A stretch of 64,000 nt of DNA from Hormiphora californensis (taxonomy: Eukaryota; Animalia; Ctenophora): assembly GCA_020137815.1 (NCBI GenBank), contig CM035357.1:2108001-2172000 (forward strand), in the 5' to 3' direction. The position numbers were made by a program, and so were the translations under genes. The notes under the pieces are model-generated. The model made no database searches and was not told the DNA's origin. It was given only the letters and a program-made list of their open reading frames with translations. The first letter of the stretch is position 1. Every line of letters begins with the position of its first letter. Below are positions 1-11,000 of the stretch, piece by piece.

Positions 1-180
1 AACCTGGTTGATGAACTTATGAAGTAGAATTATACTGGGGAGGGGGAAGTTAATTAAAGTTAAAGAACACGTCCAGCTACAATCAATTGAATTTAATCGA
101 CTGGTATACCACATGTTCTACTGTAGAAATTTACTGATATTGATACGCTTAGGAATCTGGAAGATATTTTAGGGCCTATG

Positions 181-264
181 CTGTCAGGCATCTTGCTGAC
201 CCTTTCTCGCGTCCATCGCTCGTATGAGCGGGGCGAGGAGAGTGACTAAGCATTGCACTGACAG
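181..264. mobile_element. Diverged long form of the CTGTCAG...CTGACAG micro-element
   Basis: ctgtcag/ctgacag termini, internal tctcgc/gcgag hairpin, imperfect flanking duplication gggccta(t)g / gggcctag. Confidence 0.55.
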
Positions 265-345
265 GGGCCTAGAGGTCGTGGGTTAATTTGTACAGCTCCT
301 TCATAGTAGTAGACGAATATATTTGCAAACTCTTTGTTTACTAAG

Positions 346-504
346 ATCTCAGTGCAGAGAACCTGCTCAATTACAAGTTTAGTCTAGTGATGATGTGTTT
401 CAACGCTCTGATCATGATTTATTTGATGACCGTGACTCTATCTTTATATCGCAAGGATATTGAGTTTCTGTCACACTGTCATGTTGGTGAAAATCTCGTC
501 GAGG
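346..504 (+). CDS. Probable internal exon of a membrane protein gene (possibly the same gene as the exons at 11898-12840)
   Basis: Open frame with hydrophobic helix LVMMCFNALIMIYLMTVTLSLY and GT donor at 505; joins in phase to an acceptor at 868-869. Confidence 0.4.
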
Positions 505-717
505 GTAGAGAAATAATATTACTGCTTTCGAATTTGTACCATCTTTGGGCTTTGGCAATCGATATAATATTGTGTTTATAGTAACTGTTCAAATACCAAG
601 ATTGAATACCCTGGTTGGTTTATTAATATTATGGAGAAGGACTCTGATCTGTGTTCGTGCTGTGTTAAATTTTGTTTGCTGGTGAATTTAATTGTTGAAG
701 AGTGATTGTGTGTGTGC

Positions 718-779
<62 letters not shown>

Positions 780-805
780 GAGAGAGAGAGAGAACGAGAG
801 AGAGA
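718..805. repeat. (GA)n microsatellite
   Basis: Direct observation. Confidence 0.95.
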
Positions 806-956
806 TACAATGGCTATGTGTGTGGTGTGATTTCGTTTGAGTACCTCACGTGCTTCTTTGTGTACTCAGATTCCCCCGAATCCTCATCTCCCTACCAAAC
901 AATACCTTTCCTCTCTTTCTCCAGTACTGCTGCAGTCGACAATACTACTATTGCAC

Positions 957-974
957 CTGTCAGAGCATTGACAG
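957..974. mobile_element. 18-bp micro-element (deleted solo form) with 8-bp TSD
   Basis: tattgcac|ctgtcagagcattgacag|tattgcac. Confidence 0.8.
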
Positions 975-1937
975 TATTGCACAGAACAGATCTATGACCT
1001 GATTCATTGCTTTTAGTAGATACACAAAACAATAAAATATTAGGAAGTAAATCATGCTTAGAATGCATTCATGGGGGGGGGGGGTCATGTTAATGTTAAC
1101 GTTTCAATTCACGAATATTTCTAAAAGTTAACAAATTATTGAGGCCAATCGGGGGGGGCGACATGTTAATTGTTAATAAATCACCTCTTTTTTTCGATTT
1201 TGTTAATTAACGTTAATTAACAAAATTAACAAAGTTAACAAATCAGCAAAAACTGTTCTTATTGGTTGATAATACGACTTTAACTGGTTTAATTTTATAG
1301 TTTAATGACTTTTCTAACACATATAAACCCAAACAAGGCCTCTTCCGATAACCAAAGTCCGACATACATGTTTTTTGGCTCAAAATCGATAAAATCCAAA
1401 AGTTACAAATATTTCAATTTAGCGTATAAAATCTCACTTTAACGTGATTTTTTCATCGATAATCGATTCTTTGAACGAAAGAAGATGATGTACAACGTTT
1501 CTGTCGGAAAAAGAAACAAAATATTTCCAAAATCAATTTTTGGTCAAAAATTGAAATTTTGCTTCGCTACAAATCCTTGTGTTTTTTTAGAAAAATTGAT
1601 TTTTGGGATATTTTTGTTTTATGGTAAATTCATGAGTCTCAATTAGTTTTTAGGGTTTAAAAAAGGTGGATTAGGGTCAATTGACTTCGATTGCGGTTTA
1701 GTTTGGCTAGTTTTTATTAAAATTTACACAATGGAACAAATCGCTGTAGAAAAGCCGTAGTATAGGTTAGTAGGAGTGTGCAAATCGTGCAAAAGGAACA
1801 ACTTTGCTCGCAGAACAAGTGTTAAATACCAAAAACACGTGCTAAAGGTGATTTAGATGGCATAAATGGCATTTGTTAACGTTTGTTAACTTTTTGTTAA
1901 TTTTGTTAATAAATCACCTGTTTTCTCGATGTTAATA

Positions 1938-3434
1938 CAGTCGGACCCCGATTGAACGGCACCCTCGGGGGAAAGGGTTTTGTCCGTTAAATCGGGGTGT
2001 CCGTTAAATCGGGGTAGATCATATTTGGCCCATAAAACCCTATTTTTGTCCAAAATGCTGTACTAAAACACCTCTAAGTATTAAATGCAACGTCCATGTA
2101 TTGATTACATGATCATATCTGATTAGAAAAAGAAAGTAATTTCAAAATTTTATAAGGTACTATGAAACCCGATAGTTGATTTATCAGTCGTTTGAAGATT
2201 TTGCGCGCTCATGATAACTGCTAGCTGGGGGATTTAACACCCTGCTCGCGATTTATCAGGCCAGTGTCCTTTTTCACGCGTTTCTCTTCATTTGAATAAC
2301 ATGCGTGTAAAATTCTAAGTATTGAAAATGTGTGTAAACACACAGTTCTGTCAACAAAAGAAAGGGGAAACATGTCTGCAACACGTTTCAATGTTATCTC
2401 TCTCATAAGGAGTGAAAAGAATCACATTCCATTCATTTCTCTCTCTCATTGTCTCTTTTACTGTTCATTACCTCTGACAGTGTGTATTGCCCCTAATCTT
2501 TCTCTCTCTTTCTCAAACATGTTAGGAACAGTAGACACTAAGTCTACACACATTTTCAGGGTATCTGTTGACTATTTACCAGCAGTTCTAGTGTGTTTCA
2601 CCTTGTGTTGTGTCTCTTATTTGTGTGTAATTACTATCGGGTTTCATAAAATATGAACGTTTGTTAGCCTATCGCGTTATAGGTTTAAATCACCTCCCCC
2701 TCACCCTCGGCTGGCGCCTCGGGATCGGAGTCGGGATTTAAACCAGTTTAATCGCCCTGCCGGGCGATTAAACTCCAGTTGGCTGTCCCCAGCTCGCGCT
2801 GGGAACAGCCAACTTCATAACGCGCCAGTCTACAAACGTTCATACTTCATATATCAACCACGTCCGAATCGTTTATCGAATCAGTGCATCTTATCACATG
2901 TCTTGCTGCTAATTAGACGAACCGATACGTGATACCATGCCGAATCGGGGCACTTTAAGCGGGGTGAGGAAGAATTTGAATTTCAAAATATATTTTTCTC
3001 TGAAAATTCATGGGGAGCACCGATCAAAGCATTGACAATCATTCTGTAAAATTTTGCAAAAAAATTCATGAAAATTTTTCAAAGGTATATCAACCACGTC
3101 CGAATCGTGTTACGAATCAGTGCATTTTATCGCACGTCCTGTCGCTAATTAGACGATTCCAAACGAACCGATACGTGATCCCCATGAGGCCAGTTTAACA
3201 AGCGTCAAAATTGCGATTCGATGGGCCTCATGGGGATCACATATCTGTTCGTTTTGAACCGTCTAATTACCGGCAAGACATGCAATAAGATGCACCGATT
3301 CGAAACACGATTCGGACGTGGTTTTTCAAAAAAATTTTCAAAAAAAAATTTCAAAAAAAATTTTGGGGGAAATTTATCCTGCCGTTAAATCGGGGTGCCG
3401 CTAAATCGGGGGCCGTTAAATCGGGGTCCGACTG
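1938..3434. mobile_element. Tc1/mariner pogo/Tigger-like non-autonomous element
   Basis: TA|cagtcggaccccg ... cggggtccgactg|TA with subterminal ccgttaaatcgggg repeats. Confidence 0.85.
2160..2850 (+). mobile_element. Structured non-coding element with internal complement to both termini (copy A)
   Basis: 2161-2176 pairs with 2633-2648; 2652-2664 pairs with 2832-2844; three internal hairpins; interrupts the host element at aaggTA^TAtatcaacc; homologous to 56912-57591. Strand is arbitrary (relative to copy B). Confidence 0.75.
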
Positions 3435-3669
3435 TATTAACAAAGTTAACAAAATTAACATGTCGCACCCCCCGGCCAATCATTTATCTTTGAGATCATT
3501 TTGACGATAACAGTGTTTGTAGGAAAAGTGCTAAGTGGCAGACTATCATCCTGAACTATTTTTAGATGAGATCCGTACAAGATCTTACATCTCAAACAAA
3601 CTATTTCATCATAATTTGTTTTTTCATTTTCAGTCACGCATGGTTCCAGACTTTACCAGGGGCTGTCTC

Positions 3670-4104
3670 TGAGACCGCAAAATTCGTTGTGTGGTCCGCA
3701 CAAAAGACTAGCAAATTTGGGTGGGTTGTACAAATAAGCACACTGAGCGTGCAAATGATGGAGTTTCGCCAATTTTTTTGTACTGTGGGATTCACAAGGC
3801 TTTCACCTACTGCTTAGTGAAAACCCGGTGGAAAACGGTTGATCACAAGCTTTGCAGTGATCTAAACCGCTGGGAACTTCATTTCATAGTGTATTTCATA
3901 TTTGGTGGGGTACGGCTCTTTATCCGCCTATCACTAAAAATTGAGATAGAAACTCGAAAAAAATCGTCTCATGAGTCATCCAAAATCGTCCATTCTACCG
4001 ATTCCCGGGTCGTTTGGGGTTCCAGGCCCAACCGTCTGGGAGCCTATTGCCACATAAGTAAAAAAAGCCGGTTGATTTTTCGACCGGGTCATTTTGCGGT
4101 CTCA
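3670..4104. mobile_element. MITE-like element
   Basis: TIR tgagaccgcaaaat / attttgcggtctca. Confidence 0.55.
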
Positions 4105-7100
4105 CCAAGTATCACGTGATCTGATCACATGATCTGAGGTGTTGAAAATTGGATTTTATGTGGTTATTTGAGTCTGCAAAACGACTTTTACAAGTAAACA
4201 TATGAATCTCTCTCCCTCCCACTATTTTACATTACAATCTCACTTGTGTGTGCACAGTTACACACAAAAGGGGGGGGGACCTTCCACCCTTCTGCTTCAC
4301 AGGACTGTGGACCAAGGGCAGTGCTGATCAAACTGTAAACATTTGCAACTAATTGATATCAAAGCAAAAATCACTCTACCCGACTAATTTCAATAGGCTG
4401 AATCACATGAGCAACTTTTTAAAGATCTCAGAGGTCGATAAAGTGCTGTAATTGGTTATAATAGGGTCTAATTGATCTAAATCACAACTTCTCCCATGAA
4501 AACGCTATGAATTCGTATGAGGGCACTATACCCACTGACTTGGATACCCTGATTCACATAAGCATCTTTTCTAAGCTCTCAGAGATCGAGAAAGTGCTCT
4601 AATTGAGGATAATTGATCAAAATAATTACCACTTTTCCCTGTAATCCCTATAAGTTCATTTGGAGACACTTACCCACTGATTTTGATACCCTGATTCACA
4701 TCAACAGGGCATGAGTATCTTTTATAAGCTCTTATTTGTCATGTGGAAAGAGTGCTCTAATTGAGCACAATTGGATCTAATTGATCGAAATTACGATTCC
4801 TCTCAAGAAACGCTATAAATATGTGTGAGGGCACTTTACCCACTATTTTGCATACTCTGATTCGAATGAACAACTATTCCAAGTTCTCAATGGTGGATAA
4901 AGTGCTCTAATTGAGCGTAATTGGGTCCAATTGACTAAATAATTACCACTTTTCATAAGTTCATAAGTTCATTTTAGTCAGGGCATATGATGCCAAAAAA
5001 TGCTGAAAAAGGACATAATTGTTATCAAGCTAATTCTACTTCTAGTAGGCTCTAATAGGTCCCGGCCCTGGAAACACCAAAAAAATTGGCCGCGGTTTTA
5101 TCAATGAAGAAGTTGGGTTTTTCGGCCACGCCCTTTTACCCATGTTTTGAGCCTTCTGGCGAAAACCAAAACAGGGCTTAGGAAAGGAGTAGAGGCAAAT
5201 CTAAGGACACTAAAATGTGTAGCGTCCTCGCATTAGTGGGGGTAGGTGCGGAAATTAAGTCTCTATCTCATCTGGTTAATTAGATAATTGGATAATTAGA
5301 TGAGCAGGAGATGCGCATAACCGTTTTTTGGCTATACGGCTATAGCCACTCTGGAGTGGTTTAGAGACTTTTCACTGGTGCCATTTTGTTCAGAAGAAAA
5401 AGTTAATCTAAGAGTTGTGAAGAAATTTATGGTCTATCTCTAACCGTTCTGTGGATATTTGCGATCAAAGTATGCCAACTTACTTATTTTTTGGCATTTT
5501 AGGCTAATTTTCGAGTACATTGGCATACTTTGACCGCAAATATCCACAGAACGGTTAGAGATAGACCATAAATAGTCGGGACGAATCTCTCACAAAAAGA
5601 AGTGGTTGACTCACTATTTGGTGAAAAGCAAATTCCGGTTGTAACCCACCTATTTTGACCCGCTGAACACGATCCCGTCCATAGGTAAGCTCGCAAAAGT
5701 GAAGAAAATGCCCAAATCGGCCACGCCCTTTTACCAGTATTTTCAGCCTGTAGCCAAAAACATAAATCCTCTTAGAATAGGAGTAGAGACAAATCTGAGG
5801 GCACTAAAGTGATCAGCGCCCTCGCATTAGTGGGGGTAGGTGCTGGAATTAAGTCTCTATCTCATCTGGTTAATTAGATAATTGGATAATTAGGTTTGTG
5901 CATAACCGTTTTTTGGCTATATGGCTATAGCCACTTAGGAATGGTTTAGAGACTTTTCACTGGCGCCATTTTGTAGGCAATAGCCAAGTTATGGGGGGTC
6001 GACGTCGGACTTTTAAGCTCTATCTCCAACCGTTTAGCCGTTATTAGGCTTAATCGATGCTCAAAATGAGCGAAAAACGGTAAAAAGCCCGATTTTGAGC
6101 ATCGTTTAAGCCAAATAACGGCTAAACGGTTGGAGATAGAGCTTAAAAGTTCGACGTCGACCCCCCATAACTTGGCTATTGCCTACAAAATGGCGCCAGT
6201 GAAAAGTCTCTAAACCATTCCTAAGTGGCTATAGCCATATAGCCAAAAAACGGTTATGCGCAAACCTAATTATCCAATTATCTAATTAACCAGATGAGAT
6301 AGAGACTTAATTCCAGCACCTACCCCCACTAATGCGAGGGCGCTGATCACTTTAGTGCCCTCAGATTTGTCTCTACTCCTATTCTAAGAGGATTTGGCTA
6401 TTTGGCTATATGTTTTTGGCTATAGGCTGAAAATACAGGTAAAAGGGCGTGGCCGATTTGGGCATTTTCTTCACTTTTGCGAGCTTACCTATGGACGGGA
6501 TCGTGTTCAGCGGGTCAAAATAGGTGGGTTACAACCGGAATTTGCTTTTCACCAAATAGTGAGTCAAAAAATTGAGATTCGCCCCGACTAAAATTTCTTC
6601 ACAACTCTTAGATTAACTTTTTCTTCTGAACAAAATGGTACCAGTGAAAAGTCTTTAAACCACTCCAGAGTGGCTATAGCCGTATAGCCAAAAAACGGTT
6701 ATGTGCATCTCCTGCTCATCTAATTATCCAATTATCTAATTAACCAGATGAGATAGAGACTTAATTTCCGCACCTACCCCCACTAATGCGAAGATGCTAC
6801 ACAATTTAGTGTCCTTAGATTTGTCTCTACTCCTTTCCTAAGCCCTGTTTTGGTTTTCGCTAGAAGGCTAAAAACATAGGTAAAAGGGCGTGGCCCAAAA
6901 ACCCAACTTTTTCATTGATAAAACCGCGGCCAATTTTTTTGGTGTTTCTAGGGACCTATTAGAGCCTACTAGAAGTAGAATCAGCTTGATAACAATTATG
7001 CCCTCATTTTGTCATCATATGCCATGACTATTTGGAGACACTTAGCACACTGATTTGAGAGAGAGGGCACCCTACAGGAGTCGAATGTTAATTATTCTGG

Positions 7101-7972
7101 TCAATTAGACCCAATTACGCTCAATTAGAGCACTTTTTCCACAAATAAGAGCTTTTAAAAGATACTCATGCCCTGTTCATGTGAATCAGGGTATCAAAAT
7201 CAGTGGGTAAGTGTCTCCAAATGAACTTCAGAGATTACAGGGAAAAGTGGTAATTATTTTGGTCAATTGGACCCAATTAGAGCACTTTCTCGATCTCTGA
7301 GAGCTTAGAAAAGATGCTCATGTGAATCAGGGTATCCAAGTCAGTGGGTATAGTGCCCTCATACGACTTCATAGCGTTTTCAGGGGAGAAGTTGTAATTT
7401 CGATCAATTAGACCCTATTACATAGACCCTATTACATGTATAACCAATTAGATCACTTTATCGACCTCTGAGATCTTTAAAAAGTTGCTCATGTGATTCA
7501 GCCTATTGAAATTAGTCGGGTAGAGTGATTTTTGCTTTGATATCAATTAGTTGCAAATGTTTACAGTTTGATCAGCACTGCCCTTGGTCCACAGTCCTGT
7601 GAAGCAGAAGGGTGGAAGGTCCCCCCCCCCTTTTGTGTGTAACTGTGCACACACAAGTGAGATTGTAATGTAAAATAGTGGGAGGGAGAGAGATTCATAT
7701 GTTTACTTGTAAAAGTCGTTTTGCAGACTCAAATAACCACATAAAATCCAATTTTCAACACCTCAGATCATGTGATCAGATCACGTGATACTTGGTGAGA
7801 CCGCAAAATGACCCGGTCGAAAAATCAACCGGCTTTTTTTACTTATGTGGCAATAGGCTCCCAGACGGTTGGGCCTGGAACCCCAAACGACCCGGGAATC
7901 GGTAGAATGGACGATTTTGGATGACTCATGAGACGATTTTTTTCGAGTTTCTATCTCAATTTTTAGTGATAG
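3928..7972. repeat. ~4-kb palindrome (nested foldback elements plus inverted duplication of flank)
   Basis: 3928-4445 is a near-exact reverse complement of ~7455-7972; inner arms are more diverged; apex ~6080. Confidence 0.9.
4976..7030. mobile_element. Palindromic (foldback) non-autonomous element with TAG...CTA termini, Academ-like
   Basis: TIR tagtca(g/t)ggcatatgatg; interrupts the aagttcatttggagacac repeat unit with a TTT duplication; shares its core with 45042-46189. Confidence 0.65.
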
Positions 7973-7976
7973 TCTT

Positions 7977-8023
7977 TGACGTCACGTCGTCACAATAACG
8001 CGGTACATGGTAATAGTATAAAG
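7977..8023 (+). promoter_or_regulatory. Candidate core promoter of the GPCR (CRE-like TGACGTCA, TATA-like TATAAAG)
   Basis: Motifs ~90 and ~50 bp upstream of the ATG at 8068. Confidence 0.35.
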
Positions 8024-8067
8024 CGTATCTTTGGTTCTATAATTCTTTCACTTCTTTGGTCTCTAAG

Positions 8068-11000
8068 ATGGTTCTCTTTTATCCTTTACTGTTCCTTGGT
8101 GTCGCTAGAGGTATTTCTGATGATCACCAGTGTCCAATAGCAGTCGATAATCGGTTTCTGGTGAGGTCTTGTGGATTCGGCGAGTCGTTTTTAGGAGACA
8201 TTCGCATTCCCATGACCTGTCTAAACTCAACCGCTGGGTACCATAAAGTATTCAGAAATCAGCCGTTCCTTAGAAACAAGAAAGCCTATGTAACATCCCT
8301 GTGCCCTAATGATTCCATTGAGTATCAGGCCTGTGGACATTATCATTCACTTTACACTCTAAACAAACTCTTCCTAAATTCCCCCGTGTGCGGGAAGTTG
8401 TGCTATGAACGTGAGGTGGGCATGTACGAGTTTCACAGGGCATCCCAGACTTGTCCCAGTGCTCAATCCAGTGTAGGGTACAACATAAGCCTTGTTGATG
8501 GCGAGAACTTAGAGATATGGATAAAAGAGGGAGGACTATGTGACGGTGTTTGTGATGAAGTGAAGCTAGGTGGGGACAAAAATACACTTTTTTTAATGTG
8601 TGTAGATGAGAGTTCTTGTAATGGATATAACTACGGTTTTGTAGCTAAGCATGAAGAGCTCGATCAGTATGTCTTCGCCCCCTTCAATAGTGACTTCACA
8701 TACTCTCTTGCGTTCCAAAATGATCCTATGAAAGCACTAATTAGTTACAGTAGCTCATGTGCTAGGAACCTGATTAGTTTTCCACTTTATAACGCCTCCC
8801 GTTGCTTCCTGCGTGTGAATAAGCCCACCAGTGTAATGGATTTTGAACTCATGTTCTTGGGTATTTCGTATTGCGATAACGGAATGGACCAGACAAACTG
8901 CTCAGATCCTGCTAAGGTCGCTGGTTCGTGCCTTATCGGCGGATATCCCTCTACAGTTTCCATTTACATTGTCTGTCAGGAGAATGGGATTTTGTGTGAT
9001 GACAACATGCACAAACAGTGTCAAACATTGACCCGGTATTGTACCATTCATAAACATCGGTTATGTGACGGTCAAGATGATTGTGCTATGGGGGCGGATG
9101 AACAGAAGGAAAGGTGTTTGAAGCTCACCCAACGATCGTGTGTTCGCAGTTTCAGTCAAGATCAGGGGTTACTTAAGATTCCAGTGGAATGGGTCCAGGA
9201 TGGACTGGTAGACTGTCTTGATGGGGAAGATGAAAAGAATAACTGGGAAACATGCGGTGAAGGAATCAGGAGGACAATTAAATATTCGACTGAGAAATGT
9301 AGTAATGTCTTCCTTTGCAAACATAATAAGTTGCAATTTTTAGAGGCCGCCCATCTATGCTCCTTTACCTCAAACTGTGACGAAGGAGTCTGTCTCATGG
9401 CTAAAAGTAGACCGAAAATAACCAGAAATATGTTTGAAACGAGAACAGGAGTTGGAAAAACTCTCAGGAGTGCAGTTTGTGTGAAAGGCCTTGAAAATCT
9501 TCTTTTGCTAGCGGGCGAACGTTGTCAATCGGAAACTTTTAACCATCCATTTCATCAGTTCTTTGGGAAAAATTTTACAACAGACTTAGTTCTTCCAACA
9601 AAGACGGGTGACTGTAGGTACTTGTTCGGAGAAGCGTATGTGTTTTACAGCTGTTCAGGGAATTGCTTCAACACGCCGTGTCCCTTGAAAAGACCCGTCC
9701 TCCATACTACTTGTAGTAATCGCAAAAACATGCTGTATTCTCTCAACTTACAGCTAGGCTCAATTACCACTGTACAAACGTCTCGCGAACGGTTCCACAA
9801 CAACTTCTTCGTTTGTAAAAACTCTGACTGCATCCAGTTCGAGAAAGTGTGCGATCTTGTTGATGACTGTTTGGATAGATCCGATGAGGAGGAATGTTCA
9901 AACAATTTTCAGTGCACCGATAAATCTGGTTTCCTCGCGTTGAGCCAGAAGTGCGATGGAAAGGTTGACTGCAAGGACCTATCTGATGAATGTAATGAGA
10001 GTTGTAGAAGAAAAGCCGTAAAAAACGAAGCTATTTTAGGAATTGCATTTTGCATGGGATTTGCAGGAATGATCTTTGCAGTTGGTAGCATAATCAAAGG
10101 CTTTAATAATATACGGAAATCAAAAAAGAGTGGAGAGTTCATCAATCAAAGCATGGTCTTGATGATTTCTTTGGGAGATCTACTGACATCTGCATATCTC
10201 CTAACCCTCACTTCAGTCCACTGGATCTACGGTTCCGGCTTCTGTGAATATCAATTTGAATGGATTAGCGGAGCGCCTTGTACTGTAATTGGGGTTTTGA
10301 ATAGCATGGGATCATCCATTTCTTCCCTTGTAATGGCCTTAGTCAGCTGCTTCCGACTCCATGGTACCGTAATGGCCCTTCGATACCGCAGTTCAGATGA
10401 GGTTACCCGGAAGCTTAAGGTTAAAGTAGGTGTACTACTCGGAGGAGTCGTACTGATATCTCTGACAGCGTCGGTTTTCCCGTTAATAGATTCTCTTGAT
10501 GATTGGTTTGTCAATGGACTAGTATTTGATAAGGGTATCAAACTGTTTCTTGGGGTAATGGACAAAAGTCAGCTAGTGAAGATTGTGCGGGGTTACCATG
10601 GTAGTCATGGTAACCCCGTCCAGGGACAGTATGGTAACAGTGTATCTTGGAACACATTCCAAGAAATGATCTCTGAAATGTTTTCCCAGGATTATGATCC
10701 GGTAAGAGGCAAAAAGCTGTCCTTCTACGGTAACGACCCAGTGTGCATGTTTAAGGCATTTGTCCTTCTGGATGATCCCCAGATAGTTTACGTTTGGGCT
10801 TACCATAGCTTCTATTTTCTCTGCTTCGGATGCGTAGCGGTATGCCATGGAGCGATTGCAGTTCTCGCCAAAAGATCACTAGTCCAAAGTAACAAGTCTA
10901 ATTCACTCAGTCGTAAGGTCTCTTTGATCTGCCTAACTGATTTCTGTTGCTGGATGCCCTTTCTGATCTGCTGCGTCCTACATACAGCTGAGGTTATGGA

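Larger units (their letters stand above)
1151..3473. mobile_element. Non-autonomous DNA transposon with poly-G/poly-C termini and 8-bp TSD (Merlin/MULE-like by TSD and termini)
   Basis: TIR gggggg(g/t)gcgacatgttaat; TSD ggccaatc at 1143-1150 and 3474-3481; inserted into the end of a related element starting ~1073. Confidence 0.8.
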
